Sequence record: OQ921725.1
Length of the DNA stretch: 64,000 bases
Reading direction: 5' to 3' (one strand)
Part shown: piece by piece, positions 55,351 to 62,735 of the stretch
Layout of the letters: the number at the start of each line of letters is the position of its first letter
How positions within the stretch are numbered: the stretch's first letter is position 1
Position numbers and translations under genes: made by a program
The notes under the pieces: model-generated
The model's database searches: none
What the model saw: the letters and a program-made list of their open reading frames with translations, nothing else
What the model was told of the DNA's origin: nothing

Positions 55351-57186
55351 TTAGCCGCGCAGCCTAGGCCGAATCGAGCAGGGGAAGCACTCGGGGTGCG
55401 GAGCCAGCTCGTTGATCTTGCCCGTGCGCACGAGAGATGCCAGGTGAGCAGCCCGGTTGATGACACCCTGGGCCACGTCGGGCCGGTAGGCGCACGAGGC
55501 CACCCAGATGTCACTCACGTTGTTCGAGTCCCGGGGGATGAACGCGAGGACAGCGTAGTCCGCTTCCCGCCCCATCGCCCGCAGTCCGTACAGGTACAGC
55601 ATCGTCTGGCCCATGTACTCCGACGGCACGCCGCCCGAGTGCTCCTCGGACCGGGACATCAGCAGAACCATCCGGCCCAGATCCGCCTCGGTCAGCAGCC
55701 CGGCCCGGTCCATCGCCTTGAGCTTGGTCAGGTCTTCGCGCTCCGGGGCGGTGAGCCCGTGGACGTAAGCGCCGGGACCGGCCTGCGTCTGGTACTTCTT
55801 CAGCTTCTTCAGGTCGGTTGTGTTGTGGGTCACGACCATCGACTTGGTGCACAGGTACGTACTGTCGGGTGAGTCGACCTTGATGCACTGCGTCGGAACA
55901 GTCTCGACAGGCTCCACGGACTGAATCAGTCGCTGACTGCCTCGAACCTCAGAAGTCACGTCTACGCGATCAGCCTTGACGGAGGAGAGGAACGGATTGA
56001 GGCCACCTACTGGCGTGAAGGAAACCATGTAGGCAGTGACCTCCTTTCCAAACCCCTTGCGTTGCACGGCATTGAACGCGGCACGCTGCCCCAGACCGAC
56101 CAGCAGTTCGTACACCGACTCGGCCAAGGCCCGGTCGGTGACCTCGAAGACGGCCTTCCGGCGCGTCCTGTTCCAGGTCCCATCGGTGTCCATCAGACCC
56201 CGCAGCAGGTCGAGACGCTGCTGTCGCGACGCGCGAAGGTAGGCGGCCGGAACGAACTTTCGGTCGGCCATGCCGCACTTCTTGAGGAGCCCGATCAGGC
56301 CGCGCACGGTGCGTGTCGGAGAGCCCTTTTCGGCCGTACCGGCGTCGGCCGGTCCGACGTCGAATCCACGCTCCTGGATGTGCTGGAACATCTCGTCATC
56401 GGGCTTGCTGATGCGGCCCGTGCCCACTGACCCGTCACCGAGCCAGCAACCGAGGACGTATGGGTCGATCGGGAGCTGCGCGTCGGTCAGTTCCAGCGGC
56501 TGGGCGTTGGCGATCCGGTACCGGCTCTGGCCGTTACTGAGCTTGAGAGTGTTTTTGATCTCTTCGGTGCCCAGCACCTTGGAGATCGCACGGGCTCCAC
56601 TGCCGGAGATGACGGCCCACAGGTGCTCGTTGTCGGCGACCACCGTCTGACCGTCGTCGAACGTGATGCGGTAACAGGGGCGATGGTGGATCTCCGACTT
56701 GCCGAGCACCTTGCACGGCTTGCCATCTGATCCGATGAGCAGGTCGCCCACGCGAACGTCGCCCATGGTCGTCCATCCGGTCGGCGTCGGGAGGGGTGTA
56801 TCCAGCGCCAGCCCCTTCCAGTCGACCAGGGTCTTCTTGCGTGGCAGGAAGACGTCCACGTGGCCCCGCACCAGACCGATGCCCGGGATCTCCGCGACAT
56901 CGACGGTGATCTCCTGCTCGGCGTGGGCGTACACGCTGGGCAGGTCGCGCTCCAGCTTCTCGTGCACCGCAGTGCCGAGCCATGCCTTGAGGCTGAACCC
57001 CCGCTCGGTGTGGGAGCCCATGCCCAGTGAGGCGGCGATCTTCCGGGCCACGCAGATGTCGCACTTGTCGGCGAGGTCACTGGGCCCGGGAGCCCGTTGC
57101 TTGTCGCGCGCCGAGGGCCGGGTGATGGTGGCTACCGCGATTCCCTCGACGAAAGTGCGAATATTTTCCTGATCTTCTGCTGTCAT
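55351..57186 (-). CDS. Cas4-like PD-(D/E)xK exonuclease containing an intein
   Basis: GPSDLADKC, GTAVHE, GHVD, VDWK|TT, QTMLY, C-terminal CFPC. Confidence 0.85.
   Translation of the reverse strand: MTAEDQENIRTFVEGIAVATITRPSARDKQRAPGPSDLADKCDICVARKIAASLGMGSHTERGFSLKAWLGTAVHEKLERDLPSVYAHAEQEITVDVAEIPGIGLVRGHVDVFLPRKKTLVDWKGLALDTPLPTPTGWTTMGDVRVGDLLIGSDGKPCKVLGKSEIHHRPCYRITFDDGQTVVADNEHLWAVISGSGARAISKVLGTEEIKNTLKLSNGQSRYRIANAQPLELTDAQLPIDPYVLGCWLGDGSVGTGRISKPDDEMFQHIQERGFDVGPADAGTAEKGSPTRTVRGLIGLLKKCGMADRKFVPAAYLRASRQQRLDLLRGLMDTDGTWNRTRRKAVFEVTDRALAESVYELLVGLGQRAAFNAVQRKGFGKEVTAYMVSFTPVGGLNPFLSSVKADRVDVTSEVRGSQRLIQSVEPVETVPTQCIKVDSPDSTYLCTKSMVVTHNTTDLKKLKKYQTQAGPGAYVHGLTAPEREDLTKLKAMDRAGLLTEADLGRMVLLMSRSEEHSGGVPSEYMGQTMLYLYGLRAMGREADYAVLAFIPRDSNNVSDIWVASCAYRPDVAQGVINRAAHLASLVRTGKINELAPHPECFPCSIRPRLRG
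55822..56814 (-). mobile_element. Class 3 intein (331 aa) with LAGLIDADG homing endonuclease
   Basis: GLALDTPLPTPTGW; ADNEHLW; LGCWLGDG and LLRGLMDTDG; TQCIKVD; VVTHN followed by T. Confidence 0.92.
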
Positions 57187-57195
57187 GTCGCAACC

Positions 57196-57903
57196 CTACA
57201 CCGGGGCACTGACACTGGCGGCCAGCTCGCGGCCAGGACCCAGCAGGTCGTCCCACGAGCCGTCCGTTCCGGCCTCCCGGTAGAGCTTCAGCCTGGCCAA
57301 CGACTCGGCCGACCCGGCGTACCTCGTGATCCGCGCGGGCTTCTCGTGCCACAGGTGGTACAGAGGTGCCCGTCCTCGCCAGGAAGGTCCGTAGATCCCG
57401 TTCAGGGCCACGGCCCACGCCTCGTCCTCCTGGCCCCAGCCGACGAACCGTGGGTCGAGAGGGCAGTTCAGGTAGACCTCGCGCCGCAGCACCGTGATTC
57501 CGCCGCCCTCGAAACCCTTGTAGGGCCGCTGATCGAGCCAGCGGAGCTGCCCGGTGAAGGAACCGGGGTTCGCCCCTTCGAAGATGTGGTTCGTGGCCAC
57601 CTGGCTCATCCGGTACACCTTCAGGTGCGGGACGGCCCAGGCGGCGCCCTGCTGCACGGCGCGTACGGCCTGCTTCAGGCCCGGGGTGATGGAGTCCGCG
57701 TCGGCGATGACCACGATCGGCTCGGTGCAGGAAGCCAGTGCGGTGGCTACGGCCTTTGCCTTGCACCATGGCTGTTCACTGAACCCGACCTGGATCCTGG
57801 GACTTTCCAGCTCGCTGGCATACCAGGACTTCACGTACTCCAGCGCCTGCTTGCGCCACGGCGTTTCGTTCCCGTAAGGGATCAGGACGGCGATGTCGTT
57901 CAT
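57196..57903 (-). CDS. GT-A glycosyltransferase (GT2/GT7C-like)
   Basis: IAVLIPY; VIADADS (DxD); GGITV...FVGWGQED. Confidence 0.85.
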   Translation of the reverse strand: MNDIAVLIPYGNETPWRKQALEYVKSWYASELESPRIQVGFSEQPWCKAKAVATALASCTEPIVVIADADSITPGLKQAVRAVQQGAAWAVPHLKVYRMSQVATNHIFEGANPGSFTGQLRWLDQRPYKGFEGGGITVLRREVYLNCPLDPRFVGWGQEDEAWAVALNGIYGPSWRGRAPLYHLWHEKPARITRYAGSAESLARLKLYREAGTDGSWDDLLGPGRELAASVSAPV

Positions 57904-57919
57904 GGCCGTATCCTGGCAC

Positions 57920-57960
57920 GGAAACGGGCCACCGCTCAGGGGACGGCGGGGCCCGTTTCC
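57920..57960 (-). terminator. Terminator-like hairpin
   Basis: GGAAACGGGCC...GGCCCGTTTCC. Confidence 0.6.
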
Positions 57961-57973
57961 TGCATCCGGAGGA

Positions 57974-58681
57974 TCAGCCCTCGAAGCTGAAGTCCTCGTC
58001 GTCGTCGCCGGAGGGGCGGGAGGCCAGGTACTTCGCCTTGTCCTCGTCGGTCGCCCGGCGGACGGTCAGCGTCGGCCCGTTGTCCTTGAGGCACGCGTCC
58101 AGCTTGTCGGGCTCGTGCTCGAAGAGCTTGCGCGCCATGGTGGCATCGGGCTTCGGCAGGAGGATCCGCTTGTAGTCTTCGGCCGAGAGGTTGCGCTTGG
58201 CGGTGGGGGCGTCGAACTTCGTGCCCGAGGTGTAGACCAGGGCCACGCCGTCCTGGATGTCGATGCCCAGGTTGCCGCCCCGGCGGTACTTCGCGACGGC
58301 CTTGGCGCGCTCGACCAGGTCGGCGGCCTCCTTCTTGATGCGCTCCTGCTCCAGGATGAACACGGCCAGCGCCGCGTCGTCGAGGTTGTCGATGTCGTCG
58401 GGGTTCATGCCGCTCCAGTTGTTCTCCGGCGCCTTGACGGCGTGGGGGTGGTCCTCCGGGAGGGCCGCCAGCGGCACGTAGCCGTTGTCCTGCGGCTGGC
58501 CGTCGGAGGCCAAGTACTCCGAGTGGATGAGCGAGGCGCGCACGGTGCGGCGGCGACCCAGGCTGCCGTCGCTGACCGTGGCGATGTTCGCCTCGCGGCT
58601 GTCCTTGTCGAGTACGGCAACGACCTTCTTCGTGCGGACGTTGAAGTAGAGCTGGTTGCCGACGATGTTGTCCAGGCTCAC
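57974..58681 (-). CDS. Highly expressed hypothetical protein
   Basis: Strong codon bias; own upstream promoter and hairpin. Confidence 0.65.
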   Translation of the reverse strand: MSLDNIVGNQLYFNVRTKKVVAVLDKDSREANIATVSDGSLGRRRTVRASLIHSEYLASDGQPQDNGYVPLAALPEDHPHAVKAPENNWSGMNPDDIDNLDDAALAVFILEQERIKKEAADLVERAKAVAKYRRGGNLGIDIQDGVALVYTSGTKFDAPTAKRNLSAEDYKRILLPKPDATMARKLFEHEPDKLDACLKDNGPTLTVRRATDEDKAKYLASRPSGDDDEDFSFEG

Positions 58682-58696
58682 GTTTTTCCCCTTCCG

Positions 58697-58757
58697 AAGC
58701 CCCGTGTTCCGGGGCTTGTGAGTACTACTCTACCAGGGATCTGCGAGATTTTCGCAA
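58697..58757 (-). promoter_or_regulatory. Putative sigma70-type leftward promoter with operator-like palindrome and leader hairpin
   Basis: Minus strand TTGCGA-19 nt-TAGAGT; TGCGA-N5-TCGCA at 58742-58756; AAGCCCCG-TGTTC-CGGGGCTT hairpin at 58697-58717. Confidence 0.45.
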
Positions 58758-58780
58758 GTCTCTGTTCTGAGAATCGAGGA

Positions 58781-59278
58781 TCAGCCTTCGTCCTCGTTTT
58801 CGGGCATCTCGATGCTGAAGGAAACCCTCCACCCCAGAATCCGCAGCGCCGCCTGGATCGTCGAGATCGGGTGATCCGCGATGTGCCGGGCGAGGCTGTC
58901 GGCCGAGGGGTTGTCGGGCTCCTCCGTGTTCAGTTCGAACGTACGCCATGCCTCTGACATCGCCCGCTGGGCGCCGTACCGCTCGGACTTCTCCAGGGCG
59001 TCGGCGTAGTGCAGGTACGAGGCGTTCAGGGCGGCCGTCAGGCGCCGCTTGGCCTCGCCTTCGGTCATGTCCCCGGGCAGCCCGGAGAAGGCCGCGTCGT
59101 AGGCCGCGTCGAGCGCGCCCGGGACCGCCACGGCCCGCATGCCGACCGGGACGACTGCGGCCAGCGGACGACCGTCCTCGGTCAGGTAGAAGATCTCGCC
59201 GTTCTCGTGTGCCCGCCTGGCCAGCTCCTCGGTACGGTCGCAGCATCCGCGCACCGGTACGTCCTGCTCCTGCTTCAT
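58781..59278 (-). CDS. Protein with Phd/YefM antitoxin-like N-terminus
   Basis: ELARRAHENGEIFYLTEDGRPLAAVVPV. Confidence 0.55.
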   Translation of the reverse strand: MKQEQDVPVRGCCDRTEELARRAHENGEIFYLTEDGRPLAAVVPVGMRAVAVPGALDAAYDAAFSGLPGDMTEGEAKRRLTAALNASYLHYADALEKSERYGAQRAMSEAWRTFELNTEEPDNPSADSLARHIADHPISTIQAALRILGWRVSFSIEMPENEDEG

Positions 59279-59292
59279 GGCCTTCCCCTCTC

Positions 59293-59838
59293 CTACAGCC
59301 CGGCGGCCCACGCCGCGAGCGTCTTGAAATCCCCGTCGAGCAGCCCGGTCCTCGGGCTGACGTAGTGCAGCAGGGTGGAGCCCTGGTGGTTGACGGCGAC
59401 GTGCTCGCGGTCGCCGTCGTGGATCTCGTCGTCGATCCAGGCGAAGGGCCGCCCATCGGCCCACACGACGATGTGCGGCGTCTTCCAGAAGACGCCGTCG
59501 GTGCGGCCGGACTTCTCCGGGTGCGGATCGTTGGCCCAGAAGTCCACGTACTCCAGCTCGGGGAGCCCGATCAGCGGGCCGATCCACTCGTTGGCCTCGG
59601 GGCCCCACATGCTGGCCCACACCAGATCGAAGTACTCGGCCAGCTTCAGCAGCTCGACACCGTGCGACTCGTTGAGCCAGACGCGCAGCGGCTTGCCGTA
59701 GACGTTCGTCCAGTGCTCGCCGTTCTGGTCGGTGGGGTTGAGGCGGTGCGTGCTGTACCCCTCGGGGCGGCGGTGCGGCTTCGCGGCGTGCGGGTTCAGC
59801 GGCCCGTCCACGTCGATCAGCAACAGCGGCTTGGTCAT
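59293..59838 (-). CDS. HAD-superfamily phosphatase (HAD_SAK_2-like)
   Basis: LLLIDVDGPLN; LVWASMW; FAWIDDE. Confidence 0.85.
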   Translation of the reverse strand: MTKPLLLIDVDGPLNPHAAKPHRRPEGYSTHRLNPTDQNGEHWTNVYGKPLRVWLNESHGVELLKLAEYFDLVWASMWGPEANEWIGPLIGLPELEYVDFWANDPHPEKSGRTDGVFWKTPHIVVWADGRPFAWIDDEIHDGDREHVAVNHQGSTLLHYVSPRTGLLDGDFKTLAAWAAGL

Positions 59839-59859
59839 CTCTTCTCCAGTCCGGGCGGA

Positions 59860-59883
59860 CGGGCCCCGCCTCAGCGGGGCCCG
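59860..59883 (-). terminator. Hairpin
   Basis: CGGGCCCCGC-CTCA-GCGGGGCCCG. Confidence 0.5.
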
Positions 59884-59924
59884 GGAACGCCACCTTCTCG
59901 TATGACGCGCCAACGGCGCGGATC

Positions 59925-60269
59925 TCACTGCGGGGGTCGAATCCCCAGTCGCTCGTAGACCTCTTCCATGGGAGGCGCCAGCTTCAGCTCCGGCCATTCC
60001 AGCCGTTCGCCACCCTCGTGCTCGAACGGCGGCGGGTCACCCAGGTCGATCCTGGTCATGAAGTGCTTGCCCTCCAGGGACATCACGTCCGTGGTACCGG
60101 CAGCCTGAAGGAATGGTTCGGCGTGCGTGAGCACCGCGCGCCGGAGGGACCATGAGGCAACGACCCAGACCTTGCGGGGGTCGTCGTCTTCGCAGTCCAT
60201 CCGGTCGTGATCCTCTTCGGCCTTCAGGATGTACACAGGGCTCGGCAGGAAGCGGTGCCCCTCGGCCAT
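59925..60269 (-). CDS. Hypothetical protein
   Basis: TGATG coupling. Confidence 0.55.
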   Translation of the reverse strand: MAEGHRFLPSPVYILKAEEDHDRMDCEDDDPRKVWVVASWSLRRAVLTHAEPFLQAAGTTDVMSLEGKHFMTRIDLGDPPPFEHEGGERLEWPELKLAPPMEEVYERLGIRPPQ

Positions 60270-60895
60270 CAGTCCTCCAGGCGCTCGACGCCGGAGGCCA
60301 CCCGTACGGCCCTGGAATGGGTCAGCAGGAAGTCGTGGACCTCCTTGTCCCAGCGGGCGTCGTAGAGGGCGTGGTGGGCCTTCTCGACGTACTTCTCGGG
60401 CAGCCGCAGGCCGTTGGGGAGGTGGTCGTCCTCGACGCCCGCCAGCATCTCCAGGGAGGCCAGGTCGAGGAACGGGTGCTTCGGCACCGAGGGCGGCATC
60501 ACGCCGAACCAGTCGTTGCCGAAGAGGTTGTGGATCCGCTGCATGTCCTGGGTGCAGTGATCCGCGACGAAGCCGATCCGGTACTTGTACTTCTGCTTGT
60601 CGGTGAGGCCGTCGAAGTAGGAGCCGACCGCCGACTGGATGGCCGTGTAGGGCACCACGTACGGGCTGCTGCGGTCGAGCGAACCGTCGGCCCGCAACGG
60701 CAGCTTGGACCAGATGTGGTCGCGCCGGAACGGGTCGGAGCAGAAGTCCTCGCGGTCCGCGTCGGCGTTCACCAGGTACAGCCAGTCGTGGTCGGCCTGG
60801 AGGGCGGTGGAGACGAGTCCGCCGGGCGTGTGGTTGTCGGGGGTGAACTCGGAGTCGCCGTAGACGAACTCGAAGCCGGGATAGGTGGCCTTCAT
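60269..60895 (-). CDS. DEDD 3'-5' exoribonuclease (Rv2179c/DUF5051-like)
   Basis: VYGDSEF...LVSTAL...DHIWSKLP...HHALYDARW. Confidence 0.7.
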   Translation of the reverse strand: MKATYPGFEFVYGDSEFTPDNHTPGGLVSTALQADHDWLYLVNADADREDFCSDPFRRDHIWSKLPLRADGSLDRSSPYVVPYTAIQSAVGSYFDGLTDKQKYKYRIGFVADHCTQDMQRIHNLFGNDWFGVMPPSVPKHPFLDLASLEMLAGVEDDHLPNGLRLPEKYVEKAHHALYDARWDKEVHDFLLTHSRAVRVASGVERLED

Positions 60896-60909
60896 CTTCT
60901 CGCTTTCCG

Positions 60910-61161
60910 CTATCGGTTGATCTTGCCGCCGCAGAACATGCAGCTCGGGTCGATGTTGTCGATCGTGATCTCGAAGACGCAGCGCTCGATCGGGGACTCT
61001 GGGCAGATGTGATGGGAGTCCAGGAGGGTTGCGTCGGGGCACCCGAGAAGAGCTGCCAGCTCGTCGAGGAAGTCGCGTTCGATCTGGCCACGCCGCTGGG
61101 AGAGGGCGAAGATCTGCTCGTTGATCCGGCCGATCTCCGCTCTCTTGCCCAGCAGTGACAC
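60910..61161 (-). CDS. Small hypothetical protein
   Basis: Coiled coil plus HICPESP...CMFCG. Confidence 0.5.
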   Translation of the reverse strand: MSLLGKRAEIGRINEQIFALSQRRGQIERDFLDELAALLGCPDATLLDSHHICPESPIERCVFEITIDNIDPSCMFCGGKINR

Positions 61162-61187
61162 CAGGGACTTGCCCTGCCACTCGGATC

Positions 61188-61556
61188 TCACGTGACGCTC
61201 GGGTCCTGTACGTAGGCACGGGCCGCCGCAAGGACGTCCCCGCCGTACCCCAGACCGATCTCCGTGGTGGGGCACCCGTCCGGGTAGTCGCCCCCGTTGT
61301 GGTTCTCCAGGTGCGGATTCATGCCGATCATCCAGGCGCGGGCGATGTCGACCCCTTCCGCCTTGCGCAGGATCTGGAACACCTCATACCCGGTGCGCAG
61401 CTTGGCCTCGTCCTCGACGTTCGGGGGCGCAACCAGCCAGCGCTTCAGCGGCGCCGCACCCGGCATGCCGCACATCTCACCGAGCAGGGACGGCCCCAGC
61501 CAGTCGGTCAGGGACCGGATCACCTGGTGGATCTCCGGGACATTCTCCTGCGTCAT
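61188..61556 (-). CDS. Xre/MbcA/ParS-like antitoxin-domain protein
   Basis: N-terminal HTH-like helices; EGVDIARAWMIGMNPHL...VLAAARAYV. Confidence 0.6.
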   Translation of the reverse strand: MTQENVPEIHQVIRSLTDWLGPSLLGEMCGMPGAAPLKRWLVAPPNVEDEAKLRTGYEVFQILRKAEGVDIARAWMIGMNPHLENHNGGDYPDGCPTTEIGLGYGGDVLAAARAYVQDPSVT

Positions 61557-61564
61557 CTCTCTCC

Positions 61565-61777
61565 TCATGGAACGACGTCCTGCTGGTTCTCCTCCAGCCA
61601 GGCCGCCATGACGGCGGCCCGACGGTGCGCCCGGCTGGGCTTCGGGCTCACCCAGGGCATCCCCGGCCGGTTGCGCCCGGGACAGTGCACGGTCTGGTCG
61701 CCACGCCGGTAGGCGTGGCCGACGTGGTTGAACGGCTGCCACAGGTGACAGGCGATGCGAGGTGTCGGCTGGCCCAT
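61565..61777 (-). CDS. Small hypothetical protein
   Basis: TGATG coupling. Confidence 0.4.
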   Translation of the reverse strand: MGQPTPRIACHLWQPFNHVGHAYRRGDQTVHCPGRNRPGMPWVSPKPSRAHRRAAVMAAWLEENQQDVVP

Positions 61778-62196
61778 CACTCCTCCTCGTCGCGCTCGAC
61801 GACGATGTGCCGCCGGATGGTGCCGGTGGTGCGCACCATCGTGTGGTTGTCGCTGACGACCTTCCAGCCGAAGCTCACGCCCTGGCCGTGGCTCTTGCCG
61901 AGGCACGAGCAGGTGCACTCCCGGCTCCGGGCGTTCCGGCACCGGGTGTCGCACCGCTCGGTCTGGCGGAAGTCCATGTAGACGTCGACCTTGCCGTACC
62001 GCTGGGCGAGCGCCTGGACGAGCGGACCGAAGTGATCGCGTGCGATCTCCCATCGCTTCGTCTCGCCGTTCCAGTCAGGCCGGATCCGACTGCCGAGCAC
62101 GCTCTTGAACCAGGCCCGGTTCGTCTTGGCGAAGGGCATCTTGATGACCAGACGCCCCTCGACGGGGCGCCACAGGGCCGGGGTTTCGTGCTTCAC
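61777..62196 (-). CDS. Cys-rich hypothetical protein
   Basis: CDTRCRNARSRECTCSCLGKSHG. Confidence 0.6.
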   Translation of the reverse strand: MKHETPALWRPVEGRLVIKMPFAKTNRAWFKSVLGSRIRPDWNGETKRWEIARDHFGPLVQALAQRYGKVDVYMDFRQTERCDTRCRNARSRECTCSCLGKSHGQGVSFGWKVVSDNHTMVRTTGTIRRHIVVERDEEE

Positions 62197-62735
62197 GAGT
62201 TCCACCCTTCGGCCAGCACCACGTAGGCGCCGGGGATCGGCTCGCCGAGCGTGCCGCGCTTCTTGCTGGAGAGGTGAACGGCCCGTGCGTTCCAGTCGCA
62301 CCGGTAGGCCCGCTGGAGACCGTCGCTGCCAGCTTCCTGGGCCACCCGCCGGGCGAACGCCTCGCCCCGCAGGACCGACCGATGCCGCTTCTTGTCGCAC
62401 GGGCAGTACGTGGGACGGGTGAAGTGGGAACCCTTGTCCAGCCCCGTCTCACCTTCGGCGAGAAAGCCCAGGAAGGCAGCCTCGTCGCACTCGATCCACT
62501 CGGTGATCCCCCGAGGAAGCGCGTACCTCTTCAGCTCCAGCCGCCCGTCATCCGTAAAACGGGCGGTGACCAGAGACTCGTCCATCCCGAAGGGGTTCCG
62601 GTGTCGCCCGTGGGCGAACTCCTGGAAGGTCTTCTTCAGGTAGCCGGTCTCGACGTTCCAGCCGAACTGGCGGAATCCTTCGAGGGACCCCGCCAGTTCG
62701 GCCTTCAGCCAGTCGCGGTCACTTCCCGAGGGCAT
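62193..62735 (-). CDS. Hypothetical protein
   Basis: YCPCDKKRH...AYRC...HLSSK motif. Confidence 0.55.
   Translation of the reverse strand: MPSGSDRDWLKAELAGSLEGFRQFGWNVETGYLKKTFQEFAHGRHRNPFGMDESLVTARFTDDGRLELKRYALPRGITEWIECDEAAFLGFLAEGETGLDKGSHFTRPTYCPCDKKRHRSVLRGEAFARRVAQEAGSDGLQRAYRCDWNARAVHLSSKKRGTLGEPIPGAYVVLAEGWNS

Noticed and set aside
55351-57186. Cas4-like gene as evidence of a CRISPR-Cas locus
   Set aside because: No repeat-spacer array or other cas genes; stand-alone Cas4-family exonucleases next to RecT are ordinary phage recombination genes
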